DNA from: Batkoa obscura
Taxonomy: Eukaryota
Direction of reading: 5' to 3'
Assembly (NCBI GenBank): GCA_030770535.1
Contig: JASVEC010000016.1
Coordinates: forward strand, 744,001-808,000
DNA length: 64,000 bases
How positions within the stretch are numbered: position 1 is the first letter of the stretch; every line of letters begins with the position of its first letter. The notes below the pieces were generated by a model, which saw only the letters and a list, made by a program, of their open reading frames with translations, did no database searches and had not been told where the DNA came from. Shown piece by piece: positions 36,065-50,747 of this stretch. Made by a program: the position numbers and the translations under genes.

Positions 36065-37444
36065 TAGGGTGTTTTTTTGGCTTCATCACTTTTTCCATCT
36101 TTTGAGCACTATTTGAGTCGAAAAATTGTTAGTAAAATTCTTGAATACAAAAATATATCCCCATATATTATTTAGTTTGTTTTTTTATTATATTTGTTTA
36201 TACTACTATATATAACTTATTTATAAACATTTTGTGTTTATAAATTATAATTTATTGATTATCAACTTTATCTAAAATTACAGCATTATAAATAACAGTT
36301 GTTTTTATTTAGAGATCTAATGTTTTATTATATAAACAAATTTTAAATGTATATACCTTTAATTCTTTACTACAGAATACTTTAATATAAACATTTATAT
36401 TTGTCATTAATTATCACTAATGTAGCTTTTTGTTTTATTGAATCACTTTTTTTATACTTAATATATTTTTAATAAACTATTAGAAAATTTTTATTAATTT
36501 TTGAGCTTTTTATAGTTAACATAAAACAACCAAGCTGATAAAAACAAAAGAAACTATATATGGGGATGTATTCCTGTGTTTAAGAATTTTGCTAATAATT
36601 CTTCCGCTCAAATGGCGCTTAAAAGATGGAAAAAATGATGAAGCCAAAAAAAACACCCCCATATATAGACTTTAATATAAAATAAACCATAATAATATTT
36701 AAATAATCAAAATACTAACTATAAAATTAGCTTTTATAATTTTCATTACTTTATCAAACTATTTAAAGCTATTGAAAATTTGAACTAACTTTAAAACTTT
36801 CTTATTAAAATCAACTTATGTAGTTAGTATTATTTTAATGTATTTTTAATTAAAGCATAGAAATCCTAAAGATAATGACTTTTGCACTTACAAGTTTGCA
36901 TTATAATATAAGGATGTTTTTTTGATTTCATTACTTTTTCCATTTTTCAAGCGCTATTTGAGTAAGATAACTGCTAGTGAAATTTAAAGAAAAGATATCT
37001 CGATATTTATTTAAGCTAATGAATAATTTAATTTAAAAATAAGCATGAATATTTTAAATTAAAAAGATCTCTTTTTGTTTAAAAACTTTACTATTAATTT
37101 TCTTATTGAAAAATGTTTAAAAAATAGTAAAAATAGTAAAACTGAGGAAAATATTTTACATAATCAATAGTATACATAACTAATATTCGCAGCTATTACA
37201 GCTTTTTTATTATTTTTTAGCAGTAGTTTTTAGTTAAATTAATTAAACTTTTAAATTACTTGAATTGTTTTTTAGTGACTATACTTCATTTTATAAAATT
37301 TATAAAATATAAAATTAAAACCTTTAGCTTTTATCATATACGGATCCATTTCTGTTTAAGAACTTTACTAACAAATTTTCCGCTTAAATAGCGCTTAAGA
37401 AATGGAAAAAAATAATGGAGTCAAAAAAACGCTCCCTGCTCCCA
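36065..37444. mobile_element. Cluster of four MITE-like family A copies (36065-36163 -, 36561-36661 +, 36909-37000 -, 37339-37444 +)
   Basis: Each matches consensus. The 36561 copy has symmetric ctatata/tatatag flanks. Confidence 0.75.
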
Positions 37445-38638
37445 TATATTTAAAAGAAAAAAGCATATTTATAGTTTTTGGTTTAATTTTCACAATTTTT
37501 CACAAGCTTAGAAATGCTATAAATTTTTTAAAATTAATACGAGTCTAGTTTGTAAAAAAACATTGTTATCTTTAGTTCAATTAGTATTTGCCCAAGGGCT
37601 TAATTTTTTAAATTTTCATACATTATGATCTTTGAATTATAATAAGTTCTTTTTATATTTTGCCAAAAAAAATTCGGGTACTTTATTCTCATATGGTTCG
37701 CTATTAGCAAAGAGCCTACTATTACGAATACGTCTATTTCCACAGTATAACGATCAACGGGAAAATGCGGCTTTATCAATCGATATAATTGAGTTACCAA
37801 GATCCAAAGTAGAGATGTCAGTTTATTTACTTACTGTTTTTGACCGGTAAAATCACATTATCATCTGATAGAATGCTAATTTAGCCCTTATATTTAAAAA
37901 CATCAGTTGTAATTCTAGTAAGAGAAATTCAAGTTATCGTTTATCCTATTTAGAGAAAACTCAAATAGCCTTCATTGATTACAATTACATCCCTGGTGAA
38001 AGATAAGATAAATTTTATAAATAATTTGGATATTAATATATTTAACGCTATTGTACACCACTTTAATATCATAAACATGTATTGTACTGCTTACCTATTC
38101 ACAATGTATCTCATTATTAGATTTAAGAGGAGAATTTTTAAAAATATTTTAAAATATCACCATGTAGCTAGAACACTATTAAGTATAAAAAAGCAGTATA
38201 AAAGGTATTTTTTCAATATTAGACATATTGGCACAAATAAAAAACACCCCTCAATTTAAAGCATTTGGTACAACAACTTGGTCAGAGAAATAAAGGCTAC
38301 TACTATAAATAATACCTCAAGTTTTTTAAATATTTTCTAAATAAAAAACTAGTGCTCAAATATGTAAACTTATTGATGATTATAGGAGTATTTGTTTTAG
38401 TAACCGCATTTCATATTGCTTGATAGACCAAGCGGTCTTGGAAAAAGCCGGTAGATTATTGATATTTAGAGCTGTTGACTTTTCCTATGTATAAAGTGAA
38501 ATCTACTTTTAACAAGAAGCTTTTTTAAAAACTTTAAAATCGATGATAATGATAAAAAATGAGATTGCTTAGAGTGTATTGAATCTTCAATATAGATTTT
38601 GAAAGGCGAATTTAAAATTCAAAATTAGAAATCAATAA

Positions 38639-38739
38639 TGGGAGTGTTTTTTTTAACTTCATTATTTTTTCCATCTTTTAAGCACTATTTAAGCGGGAAA
38701 TTTGTTGATAAAATTCTTAAACATAAAAATACATCCCCA
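38639..38739 (-). mobile_element. MITE-like family A copy
   Basis: Full reverse-complement match. Confidence 0.8.
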
Positions 38740-39508
38740 ATTTTAAATCTATTATAACCAGTGGCAAATCTTTAATTCTTCCAGCAACTGCACAGGTATT
38801 AGACCCTGGCAATAGCAAATAAAAAAAAGTATTCCACGAAAATAAATACTATTAATGTAGAAAGAAACATAATTATATAAAATATTCTTATAAGACAAAT
38901 TCATGTTAATAATTAATATTATATTGGTTTTATACAGGTAAAATGTCTAAGTTGTAACAAGCCTCATACAAGAATAATATGCGGTGAAGATCAAATATAG
39001 TATATTTTCAATAAGTATGGATATATAAACAAAGTGGGTAAAGTGCACTAAATAATTAAAATTTTTAATTTGCTTAAGTTTAGAATTGCCCATTGAAACC
39101 TAAAAAAAGTGCAAGATGTGGCGATAGCACTCATATTAGTAAAATAAGTTTTTTAACTCATAATTTTAATTTATTGACTATTTTATAAAGATGCTCAAAG
39201 TTTACTAAATTAAATAAAAATATAAAAGAAGGAAACAGCAGCCCCAAAACAAGAGAAGAATAATAAATAAGAGGCTAACAGTTGTGAAGAAGTAGAAACA
39301 ATCTATGTAATTATAAAAAATGTAGCAAAAATAACAGCATTCTGATGTTGCATGATAAAATATCAATACAGCTAGTTTGTTTTCAATTTTTAGATTTTAG
39401 TCTTTTGTGGTTTTTTGATTTTTAGTTTATTTTTTTAAAATTAAAATTGATTTGATAATTTTTTTTATAAATTCAATTTTTTAATTTTTAAACTTGTAAA
39501 AATATAAA

Positions 39509-41864
39509 ATGGAACAAAATATTGAACTTACAAACGGGTCTAATGAAGAAAGAAAAACAACAGAAGCTAAAAAAATAAAACTAGATAAAGATTGTATTAA
39601 GGATACCAGTAGTACCATAAAAACCAATATAGCTGAAACAATTGGTAATAATAGACAGGACATAGATGAGCAGAAACTTGAAACAGTCATCAATGATGAT
39701 AATAAAATTAAAGCCATACCAAAAGATCAAGACTTTAATTTTACTATTAAAGAAGAAGAGGTTGGTATGACCGAGTATTACATTAAAGAGAATAGTGGTT
39801 TTCATGGGATTATTAAGCAATTGTAATACTTGTTTTCATTTTTGATGAACTTTTATTTATACTAATTACTTTTATTAGGTTTTCTGATTTCATTGTTAAT
39901 GAAATAGATGTCAATGGTAATGTTTTGAAATTAGAAAAGGATATGCAGGACCCTAATAATATACCATTACCTAAACGTAAAAGTGGTGAAAAAAAGGAAA
40001 TTAAAATCCAAGTTACACAGGTAAAATAAACTCTTTAGTAGATAATAGGTAAATGCTAAATCTTTACTTTGATTAATAGGACGATGAAAAGGAAAAAGAG
40101 ATAGAAGTTGATTTTGATGCTATGTTTAGTAAACTAAATGAGATTTATGCAAATTCATTGCCTATTGACGAAAATAAAGACAGAGAAGAATTACTCAAAG
40201 ATGGATTTGAAAAGATTAAACAAATGGTTCAAGATCAAGGAACTAGTATTTCAAGTCACATAATTCCATTGAAAATCGAAAATAAAGAAAATAGAACCCA
40301 ATTACATATGACTATCCGTGAGTATCTAGGAAGTAAAATAATGACCCAAACAAAAAATGATGGGTTAATTCAATTTGTATTTATGAAAAATAAGAAACAA
40401 AAGAAAATGAATCAGGCTCGTGTATCAAAAAACGAAGCTATTAATAAAGAAAGGTATTTACATTTTAATTTGTATAAAGAAAACCGTGATACCCATGATA
40501 TTATCAATCAAATGATTCGTATGCTAAGAAGTAACAATAAGAACTTTTCAATTGCTGGTACTAAGGATAAACGTGGCATTACCGTTCAAAGAATTTCTAT
40601 GTTTAATGGAGAAGAAGATCGACTTAAAGGATTATTTAAAGGGATACCAGGAGCCCAGATTTCTAGCTTTAGGTAATTAGAACAAACTAAATTAAAGCTT
40701 TAATAATTAATCCTTTCATAATAGTAAGCAAAAGGAGCCACTTAGACTTGGTGATTTAAATGGGAACCAATTTCAATTAGTTATTAGAAATTTACAGTTT
40801 AATGATAAAAGTATAATTGAAACACAGGAAAAAATGAATCAAATATTAACCCAATTCAAAGAGGGACCAGGCTTTATTAATTATTTTGGTATGCAGCGCT
40901 TTGGTACTAATAGTATTGGTACCCATGAAATTGGAAGCGCACTGTTGAACAATGATTGGAAGTATGCAGTAGATCTCATTTTAATGCCACGTGAAGGTGA
41001 TAGTGGAAGAAGTAAGGAAGCTAGAGAACATTGGGAAAAAACCCAAAACCCAAAAGAAACCTTAGAAATGTTACCTAACTATTTAGTAGCTGAGAAATCT
41101 ATATTAAATGGATTTATTGAGAACAAGGATTTGAATAATTATTTGAATGCTATCAAACGTATACCAAGAAATTTAAAAACCTTATATGTACATGCATACC
41201 AATCTTATGTTTGGAATTTAGCTGTATCAAAGAGGCTTCAGTGTCATGGGTTCAAATTAATTATTGGAGATTTGGTTGAATTAGATGATGGCACTGTTTC
41301 GTGTGTTGAAAGTGAAGAAGATTTGAAAAAATATACTATTCAACAATTAGTATTACCATTACCAGGACATTCAATTAGTTATCCTAAATATACAGATGAG
41401 TTATATGAACTATATGAAAATATTATGGTTAAAAACAATTTAAATCCAAACCAAATGGTTCGCAGTGAAAAGGATTTAAGTTTAACAGGAGATTATAGAA
41501 AAGTAATCATTCAGCCAAAAGATTTTAGCTGGTAAATTCAATATCACATAATAAGTTATAGTAGTAATATCTTTTATTCATATAATAGGGAATTCATAAA
41601 CTATAAGGAAGCCAATGAGCAGTTATTATTAAGTGATTCGGATATTAATAATAATATGGAAAAGCCTAAATCAAAAGAAGGTAATGATCACTATTCTATT
41701 TATTCAATTTTGTCTTACACTAACTATGAATTTTATTAGATGGCAATTTACTTGCTTTAATTTTAAGCTTCAAGTTACCACCTTCAGGTTATGCTACTAT
41801 GCTCTTAAGAGAGCTTCTTCATATCAAAACGGATAAAGCTTCTATTGCTGCCATTTCTACTTAA
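39509..41864 (+). CDS. PUS7: Pseudouridine synthase 7 (TruD family), multi-exon
   Basis: GFHGIIKQ..FSDFIVNEID, AGTKDKRGITVQ, LRLGDLNGNQF, GFINYFGMQRFG, YVHAYQSYVWN, GDYRK, YATMLLRE. Confidence 0.95.
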
Positions 41865-43400
41865 TCGAATACAAAATTGAGATAGACTTTTAACTTTGAA
41901 ATAAATATAGATTAGTAAAAACTACGTTTGTTAATAAGCACCTTTTAATCAATTTAGCTTAGCTATTACTTTTATTGTTTTATTTTTTATTTTCACTAAA
42001 TAGAATAAAGCAGCATGGCATTTTTAATAACATAATGTTAATGCTAGTTAAAAAGTACGAATTAGAAATTTAAAAAAGTGTCTCTATTTAAACGATTAAA
42101 AATATAAAAAAAACAAAGAATTGAAATCTCCATTCATGTAAAAGGTTAACAAATCGACTATCATAACATTTCAGATATATTACAAATTAAGAACTAGAAC
42201 GCTTTAAACTAATTCAATTAGTTATATATCAATAAAACGCTACTTAGCTGTCAATATTTTAATATCTTCAATTATTCGTGCTATAATGGTTTTTTTAATT
42301 TTTCATGTTAAAATCTACTAATCTAATTAGTAAACCTGAAGATTTAAATTAAGCTATTCCATTATAACATAGACAGTCCATGATTTTAAGTTGTATCACT
42401 GATATCGGTTTTCATTTAATATCTTTCTAGAAATATAGTCACACACTCTGGTATTATGTAACGATCATATAAGAATGGCTTAATAGTTATTAATAGTTAT
42501 TGATTACTTGTGCTTCAATGTTTTCATTATGTTATAAGGAATAAATCTATAAAAATGATTATACTTAACAATTTATTAAAATTATTAACATAACTGACAT
42601 TACATAATAATACGCTAGTAGATAAAAATAAAATTCACAATATGACATTTCAAAGAGCTTTAATAATAAATGATAGTACTCTAATAGATGATTGTATTTT
42701 TACATAGCTTAATATTTCTAGTAGTTTTCCAATAAACTTCATAATTTTTTATTTTATTGAAACAAAGCATAAATAGAAGGCCATATATTCATATTCTAAT
42801 GAATAACCCTATAGAATTTAAAACTTTCTAATAAATATAGAAATAAAATCAGATGAAGAAACAACTTTAAAATTAGCGGATGATCTTTATTAAATAGCAT
42901 CTATGCTAACTAAGTGGACACCTTAGTTTAATAAATGAAGAGTAATGTCAACAATTAATGAGCTCAATGAGTCCCTGTTTTAATTTTAAAGCCATTTTCT
43001 ATATTTCTAAATTTATCAATTTATCATGATTAAAAACAGTAAATAATTCAATTCTAATGTTTCATTGGCTTGGCAAATCCTCCCTTTTTTAAGTTAAATT
43101 TGATATCTCAATAGTGAAGATGATCTCATTGGTGAAAGATTGAGTCAAGAATTTTTAAAAAAAGCGGTAAGATAAACTAATATTGAATCAATTTCGATTA
43201 ATTACTTTACTTTTTATTATGTTAAATTGAAATTTAAATATATTTATACAATTGTAATATTAATTATTGTAACGGAACTCAAAAGATACAATTGTATAAA
43301 TAGCATAAAAGAAATCAATAATCAATAATTAATTTATCATTTTTTATAGTTTAATTTATTACTTTTTTTTATCACTTTATTGATTTAATAGAAATATAAC

Positions 43401-44633
43401 ATGTTGACTAACATATTAAAAAGTATAATCTTAGTGTTGCTATTATTAATAGTACAAATAAATGCTCAAGAAGGTGGAGAAACAAAACATGACTCAGATA
43501 GTGGTAGTGAAAATAATGTAATTTTAGGGTTTTGTCTGGTATTATTTGGTGCCACATTATCCACTTTAGGCTCTATGATTTTATACATTGACAACTTAAT
43601 TAAATATTTGCCATTTGTAAAAAAAGATGTTAAATTATCGACTTCTAAACCATTTTTAGCTAGTTCATTATCCTTCTCAGCTGGCGTATTAATGGTAACT
43701 ATATTTAATAATGTTCTACCCGAAGGTTTAAACGCATTTCATACTTCGAATTTTTTTGGTCAATATGCTGGTTTAATTGCTGCTTTTTATTTTTTATTTT
43801 GTATGGCATTAGTTATTTTAACTAAATATTTCTTCAAAAGAAGGAATATGCAACGTGGTAAAAGAAATACCTCGGATATTGGATTGAATCCAATTGATTC
43901 AAGAGTTTCAAGTCCAAGGACTATTGTAAATCCCATGGATTTCAATAATAATAATAGTCATAATAGTAGTGCCATCACTAGTCCTACTAATTCAAATTTT
44001 CAACATATTATTGAAATCAATAGTGAAGAAGGTACTATTACTGAAATTAAAGAAAAAGAAAAAGAGAAAGATATCGAAAGTTGTCCAACAGCAACTACAA
44101 TCAATAATCAAAATGATAATGTAGCTAAAAATATAGGTTATGAAATTGCATTAGGTAAGTTTTAATTATTAATTAAAAATAATATTAAACTAATAATTTC
44201 TTTAGGCATAGCCATCCATAACTTTCCAGAAGGTGTATTAACTTTTGTAGCCTCTTATCAATCAATGAAAACTGGTTTATTATTTGGTGTTGCTTTAGCC
44301 TTACATAAATTTCCTGAAGGCATTATGATCGGAGTACCAATCTTTGCCAGTACTGGTTCCAAGTTAAAAGCCTGTTTAATAACAGCGGCAGCATCTTTCA
44401 TCACTCAATTATTAGGCGCTGGTTTCGCTTATGGGATGTTTCATATCTATTGGAATGATATTATCGGTGGCTTGTTGTTTTTATTAGCTTCAGCTATTTT
44501 AATATCCACTTTATTAGGTGGTATGTTACCATTAGCTAAATCTTATGATCAAGAAGATCGTTATTCAACTATTTGGATGTCTATTGGAATTGTTGTTTTT
44601 ATCTTTCTTACCTCTGTTATTGCAGATAAATAA
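43401..44633 (+). CDS. ZIP-family (ZupT/GufA-like) zinc/iron permease, 2 exons (43401-44154, 44206-44633)
   Basis: SFSAGVLM..LPE, IAIHNFPEG and LHKFPEG TM4/TM5 metal motifs; N-terminal signal-like segment. Confidence 0.9.
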
Positions 44634-45234
44634 ATTTTAAGTTTTTTTAAATTTCAATTTGGGTACTTTGTAGTATTATGGTTTTAATTACTTGTTTTAT
44701 TATAATCTGATTAGTATATTAAAATTTCCATTAAAAAGAAGTCATAGTTGAATATATTATCCCTGAAAATTTGAGTTTAACAAATAATTTTAAAACTTCT
44801 CGAACTTTTATGAATTTAGGCTATTCTATTCTTCACCTAATTTTCATTCTTACAAAGATTCTTTAACCCCAAAATTGCATAAATTCAAAACTTAATTGAG
44901 TTTTCTCATTCACTTGCAACTGAGTCTTATTAATTTTCAGCTGTTTGATTTTGGACTCCAATTTAAACTCAATTAATAGCCAATCAGTTGATTGGGATAA
45001 TTTTAAATAATTTTCGAATATTTTTAATACTTAGATTATGTTACACTCGTTAAACCGAGATCATACCACCAATATAAATATCAAAAAGCATGTTAATACT
45101 AAGCAATAGAGGTATAAAAAGGCACCTTGTTACAGTCTAAAAATTCAAAAAATAACACTAACTTCTCATAAACAACAAAGCAACAAAAAACAATTAATAA
45201 CCATCTTTCAACAACTTTAAACTATTAATTAACA

Positions 45235-45507
45235 ATGAAATCCTTCTTGACTATAACTTTACTTTCTTTTCCAACCTTATTGTTAGCTGCTCCTTATAAC
45301 CGTTATTATAATTATAAATATACTAAATATTCAGCTTATCCAGAAAGTAAATATAATGACTATGATGATCGTCCAGTTCGATATGAATCCGATTATAATG
45401 CTCGTCCAGCTTATAACCCACCTATGATTTATGCGGCTACTGAACGTGAATTCAATGCTCAACCTCCTCATTTACTTGATACTAGTGTTGGGATTAAATT
45501 GTTATAA
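45235..45507 (+). CDS. Small secreted Tyr-rich protein (90 aa)
   Basis: Signal peptide ending LLA-AP; TATAAAA at ~45113; A-rich leader before the ATG. Confidence 0.7.
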   Translation: MKSFLTITLLSFPTLLLAAPYNRYYNYKYTKYSAYPESKYNDYDDRPVRYESDYNARPAYNPPMIYAATEREFNAQPPHLLDTSVGIKLL

Positions 45508-46065
45508 GAGACAGTGACTTTGGTGAGACATAGGGTGTAGATTTTTATTTTTTTCATATAATAAATAATATAAAATTTTTACAATAGCTTTTTGTTTTAT
45601 TTTTAAATTTATCTTTAATGTTCTCTAATCTGTAGCCAAAAGCCATTATTTAACTTAAAAAATAGTTGGGTATTCGATATAGAGAAGTACTATAGAATTT
45701 GAGTGTTTTAAATCAATCAAAATTTTTAAAAACACAAAATCTTAAGAAATGGTTTTTTAAAAAAAGATGACTGAATTTGTACTCTTCAAATTCTGTTACT
45801 TTATTTTTTGATTATTGTATCGACCAAAGGAATATATTAATTTGTATATTAATTAACTAAAAGTTAATCAATTACATATATCGTTGGCCTTCTTTTAAAT
45901 CCATAAAAAAGGTTCAACTTTTTTTCATGACTAAATACTTTTCTTTTCAACCAATTAAATCTCCTATACATTTTCATTGGCCAGAGACATACCAATTTAT
46001 TAGCTACTCAAATTACAATTAACATTCATAAACCAATTTCTTTAATACTTGAAGGAAAAATAATA

Positions 46066-47403
46066 ATGGATCAATCCAATATAACAGCAAACATTGTCCA
46101 AGATAATTTCAATTCAAATACTATAGCCACTGATAATAATAACCCTCAACCAAATCTTTTTTATAATAAATTTTTGAATCAAATTGAACGACAAATTACA
46201 GTTTATGAAACAACAAATACTTCTGCCACAAATTCTACTGGACCTTCACCATTTCGAAACATAACATATAAAGAAAAGCGGGGTCATGAAGTTTTGACAA
46301 AAGAAGAAATAGAATTAGAAGAAAAAAGTGAGAAACAAGTCCATAAACGTCATGAAAAATTACAAAAATATTTACACCATACACAATTACAAAAAAAACA
46401 AAAGGCTTTTGAAGAGACAGATTATTATAGAAAAAAGATGAAATTGATATTGATGGATTTTTTAAAAGAGCACAGTGAATTGACAAAAACCTTTTTGTCA
46501 GTTTATCACCAGGCTAGTATTTTGTTCAATCAAGGGAATAAAAAAGATACTGGGACAGAAAGAGGATTTTTTAAATTATTAAAACAAATGAAAGATATTA
46601 CCGAAGAATTTGTTAAACTAGAAATTAAAAGCAAACGTATTATGAGTGTTGGTAAGTCAAATTTCAGCTTTTCAAAATAATTTTATGTTTAACTTACTTT
46701 AGTTCAAAAACATCAAGAAAATCAAAAAAAGATTGTAAAATTACAAAAAGCAAATCAAGTAGAACAAGAAAGTATCATTCACATTGTAGCTACATTACAA
46801 AATAGTAAACAAACAATACAACAGTTAATATTGGATTTAAATACACAGGCAAACTATTTTAAACAAAGTCAAAAAAGGCAAAATTATGGTAATAGCAGTA
46901 AAGAATATCATCTAAAAGAATTATAATGGTTTAGTTAATAATATTCTTATTTATTTTTTTAATTTATTTAGATCCAGAAGATTTAATCAATTATGCTAAT
47001 AGAATACGTAAATTTACTGCTGCACCAAGTAATTATAATCCCAATGCAGCTGTAACTCATGTACATGCAGTGCCACCCTATCCAGATGAAGTTAAAATTC
47101 GTAGTGGTTTGTTAATGGAAATGACTTATGACGCTACTTTACCAAAAAATCAAATCAAAGTTAGTGAAAGTAAGGATACTATTCAATATTTGAATAATAG
47201 AATTGTATTAATGAAATTGATTAGATGAAAAAATTAAAAGCGACGGTAGTGACAACGAAGATAACTTTGGTGAGAGCATTCAAGGCGATATTAAAAGAGA
47301 AGAAGAAAGTTCATCCTCTGATGATGGGTTTGGTAATGTGTTTTATCCAACGGAAAATAAGGATAAATTTGAAGATAATGAATATTCAGATGATGGGTTT
47401 TAA
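46066..47403 (+). CDS. MED4: Mediator subunit MED4-like, multi-exon
   Basis: Coiled coil followed by exon DPEDLINYANRIRKFTAAP..PPYPDEVKIRSGLL and an acidic tail. Confidence 0.75.
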
Positions 47404-47841
47404 TTTGACAGAAATTTAAAATAAAATTACTATTGTTCTGTTTTATGTTTAATAAACATATAACTTGTTATGATTTTATTATGTATTTATAGTTTTTTTT
47501 GAGCATTATTAATCAAACTGATAAAGTTCAAATTAAAGAATGACTTTCAGTTAGATGTCCTCCTTTGTTTTTAATCTGTAGTAAAGTTTTTTTAATGAGT
47601 TCAAGGGCCTTAGCTTTATTTATGGTCTAAACTGCTATTAAAAAATTGAAACTACCAATTAAAAGCAACAAAAAACAACTAATTGCAAGCTATTCTAATA
47701 AAACTTCTGATTTTATTTTGAATTAACTTCAATTTAACATTTCAACTACGTAATATTGACTTTAAACAATCTAAAACTAAGCTAAAGAATTCAAAAAATC
47801 ATCTTTTATTTATTTTTTATAAACAATTTCAATTCAATGAA

Positions 47842-49764
47842 ATGAATCAATTATTGGTACTATTATCGCACTTAAATTATTTCCTATTAGGTTTATTTAT
47901 ACTATCTCCTTTTATTCTACTACTTATATCCTTTATATTCCATCTTCTCACCCCTTCTACTCCTATTCTTTCCTGGCCTTCACTACCTAATCAATATTCA
48001 ACAACTCCTTCTCCCTCTGCTTATGGCTCCAACTTAAAACCAAAAGAAAAACGAGGTTGGATTAAAGTGAGTACAACACCAAATCCAATTCAAGAAGCAA
48101 CGATGTTAGAGATGGTACAAGATGTGTTATTAACTCAATGGTATAATAGTACGTATTTTTTAAGCTCTTCTAAAGAGTTATTGAAATGGGGTAAAAGCAT
48201 ATCTAATTTATCGTATTTAATATCACCTAAAAAATATACTGAAGAATGGGAAGAGAAAGAGGGGCAGGGAGGAGGAGAATTATCGAAAGAAAATCAAGAT
48301 AAAGATAAATATGAGGAAAAAGAAGAAAAAGAGGAAGACGAAGAAGAAGAATATTTGATAGCATCGAAGGAAGAATATCAACTCTTGGAAGAAAATTTAA
48401 AAACAAACGATTATCGGAAAAAACGAATGCACATCACCACTTCAAGTGAAGAAATTGGAGGTAAATGGTATTATACAGTATTAAAAGAGAAAAAATTATA
48501 TTTTTTTACTAATGAAAAACAAGAAGAATTAATATTTTTGTTAAATCTAAATCTATACGATGTGGGTCTATTTCCTTTTAATCTAGAAGAGAATGAATTA
48601 TTTCAGTATAAATATCCAATACTATTAGCAAGTTTCTCACAGCCTAAATTAGATCCCCAAAATCCTTCAACTAGATCCAGTCATGAAGTTTATTATTTAA
48701 GTAAGAAGGAGAGAAATCAAATGAAAAGAGAAGAAGAGGATGCAAAAGTGAAGGTTATCAAAGGGTTCAATGTTAATCAAAAGAATAGGAAAAGTTATTT
48801 ACCTAATTATTATTTATATTGTGAAAATAATTTAGATAAAGAAGATTGGTATTTAGCATTTTATAATCATTGTAGGTATTTGTTTAGTAATAATGGAATG
48901 AGTAAAGAACTATTAAACAATAAAGAGAATAAACAAGAAAACAAGGAAGCGAAAGAAGATAAAGAAAAGGAAGAAAAGGAAGAAAGTGTGATTATAAATA
49001 ATAATTTATTAAATAATAGTATTAAATTGAAGTTTAATTCATTAGATCCTATTAATTATTTGGATTTTTTATTAAGGATTATTGGTATGAATCAAATTAA
49101 TAATAATAATAATAAACGAGATGTTAAAAATAACGATAAAGAAGATAGCGAAGATAAAGACGAGGGTAAAGACGAAGATAAAGGCGAAGATAAAGATAAA
49201 GATAAAGATAAAGATAATAGTAACAGCAATGGTAATAGTACTTCAGATAGCAAAAAAGACATAAATAGTAATAATAGTAAAGATAACAATAACAACATTA
49301 ATTCAGATCAAAGTATGTTATGGATTAATTCGATACTTCATCGAATTTATTTTTCAATTAAAGATTATGAATTCAATTTGAACAAAATTCAAACAATAAT
49401 TAATAACAAAATACAAATTAAAAATCCAATTCAACAATTTATTTCAGTTCAAATTAACAAATTTCAATTATTTGATCGATTTCCATTTTTATATCAAATA
49501 CCACAATTAAATTATAATATTATTAAAGGGGACTTAAAGTTGGAGATACCATTTTATTTCTTTGGTAATGTAGTATCTTTGAGAGGAAACGTAAAAATCA
49601 ACAAATTAGATAAGTGGGAATATAAACAAATGGAGACAACAAAATATTTTCAAAAAGTACATAATGTAAATATTAATTGTTTTTTATTTATTTATAATCA
49701 ACTTATTGAATTATTAAATTTTATTTTATTTTATTTTAACTTTAATTTTTATTTACAAGTTTGG

Positions 49765-49812
<48 letters not shown>

Positions 49813-50718
49813 GATTATTATTCAAGTGAATTAATTATTAATATACTACCATATCCAACAAATACGATTTATTTATCCTTAAATGAATTACCTTCTAATC
49901 AACAATTAAATATACAGTTTACTATAAATAATCGTAGTTATTTAATACCACAAATTATAAATCAATTGATATTAAATTGTATTCAAAAAAAGATAGTGGG
50001 ACCTAATAAAATTAATATATGTTTACTAAATAATGAATATTACAAAAATAATTATTTAGAAAATAGTGAAGGGGTTTTAAGTGATAATGACAGTTTGATT
50101 ACATTAAATAATAAAATGGAATTGTTACCTAAATTGATTGAAAGATTAATGAGTAATACAACTATTAATAATAATAATAATAGCAACAATAATAATAAAC
50201 CTATTACAACGATGAACGTTAATTATGAATATAAACAGCAATATAAATTTATGTCGTATAATTTACATTCTCCTATTATAATACCTAAAATTAATTTATA
50301 TGAACCATGGAAATTAACATTAACTAACAAGAAAAAGAAATATTACTCAACTATAAATATCAATAATAATTTGTTATTAAATTATTTACCTTTATCTTTG
50401 CCATCCGTAGATACTAACAACATTTTATTTTTTAATAATAGTAGTATTTGTAATAATAATGGTAATGAAGATAACAAGAGTGAATTGAGTAAACAAAGCA
50501 AACGTCATAGTTTATTAAGTTTTAGAGACAACCAAAGTATTATTAGTAATAATAATACTAATAACAATAATAAACAGTCTCAAAACAATAATAACAATTA
50601 TGATAACAAATTTAATTCATTACCAATCAAAATCAATAATTTATGGTTACCAAAGAAAAATAATAGTATTGCGACAATTAATAATACTTTATTAGTACAA
50701 AAATTATTTGAAAATTAA
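47842..50718 (+). CDS. NVJ2/TEX2-like TM-PH-SMP membrane contact protein, highly diverged and Asn-rich
   Basis: N-terminal TM; RGWIKV, YTVLKEKKLYFF..YDVGLFP..ENELF, YLYCENNLDKEDWYLAF (PH); WINSILHRIYF (SMP start). Confidence 0.65.
49768..49809 (+). repeat. (AAT)14 microsatellite encoding poly-Asn
   Basis: Seen directly. Confidence 0.9.
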
Positions 50719-50747
50719 TATTCAATTTATTCTAATCATTAATATTA

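Noticed and set aside
1671..38739. Recurrent ~100-bp repeats as a CRISPR-like array
   Set aside because: Dispersed, both orientations, no regular spacers, eukaryotic context.
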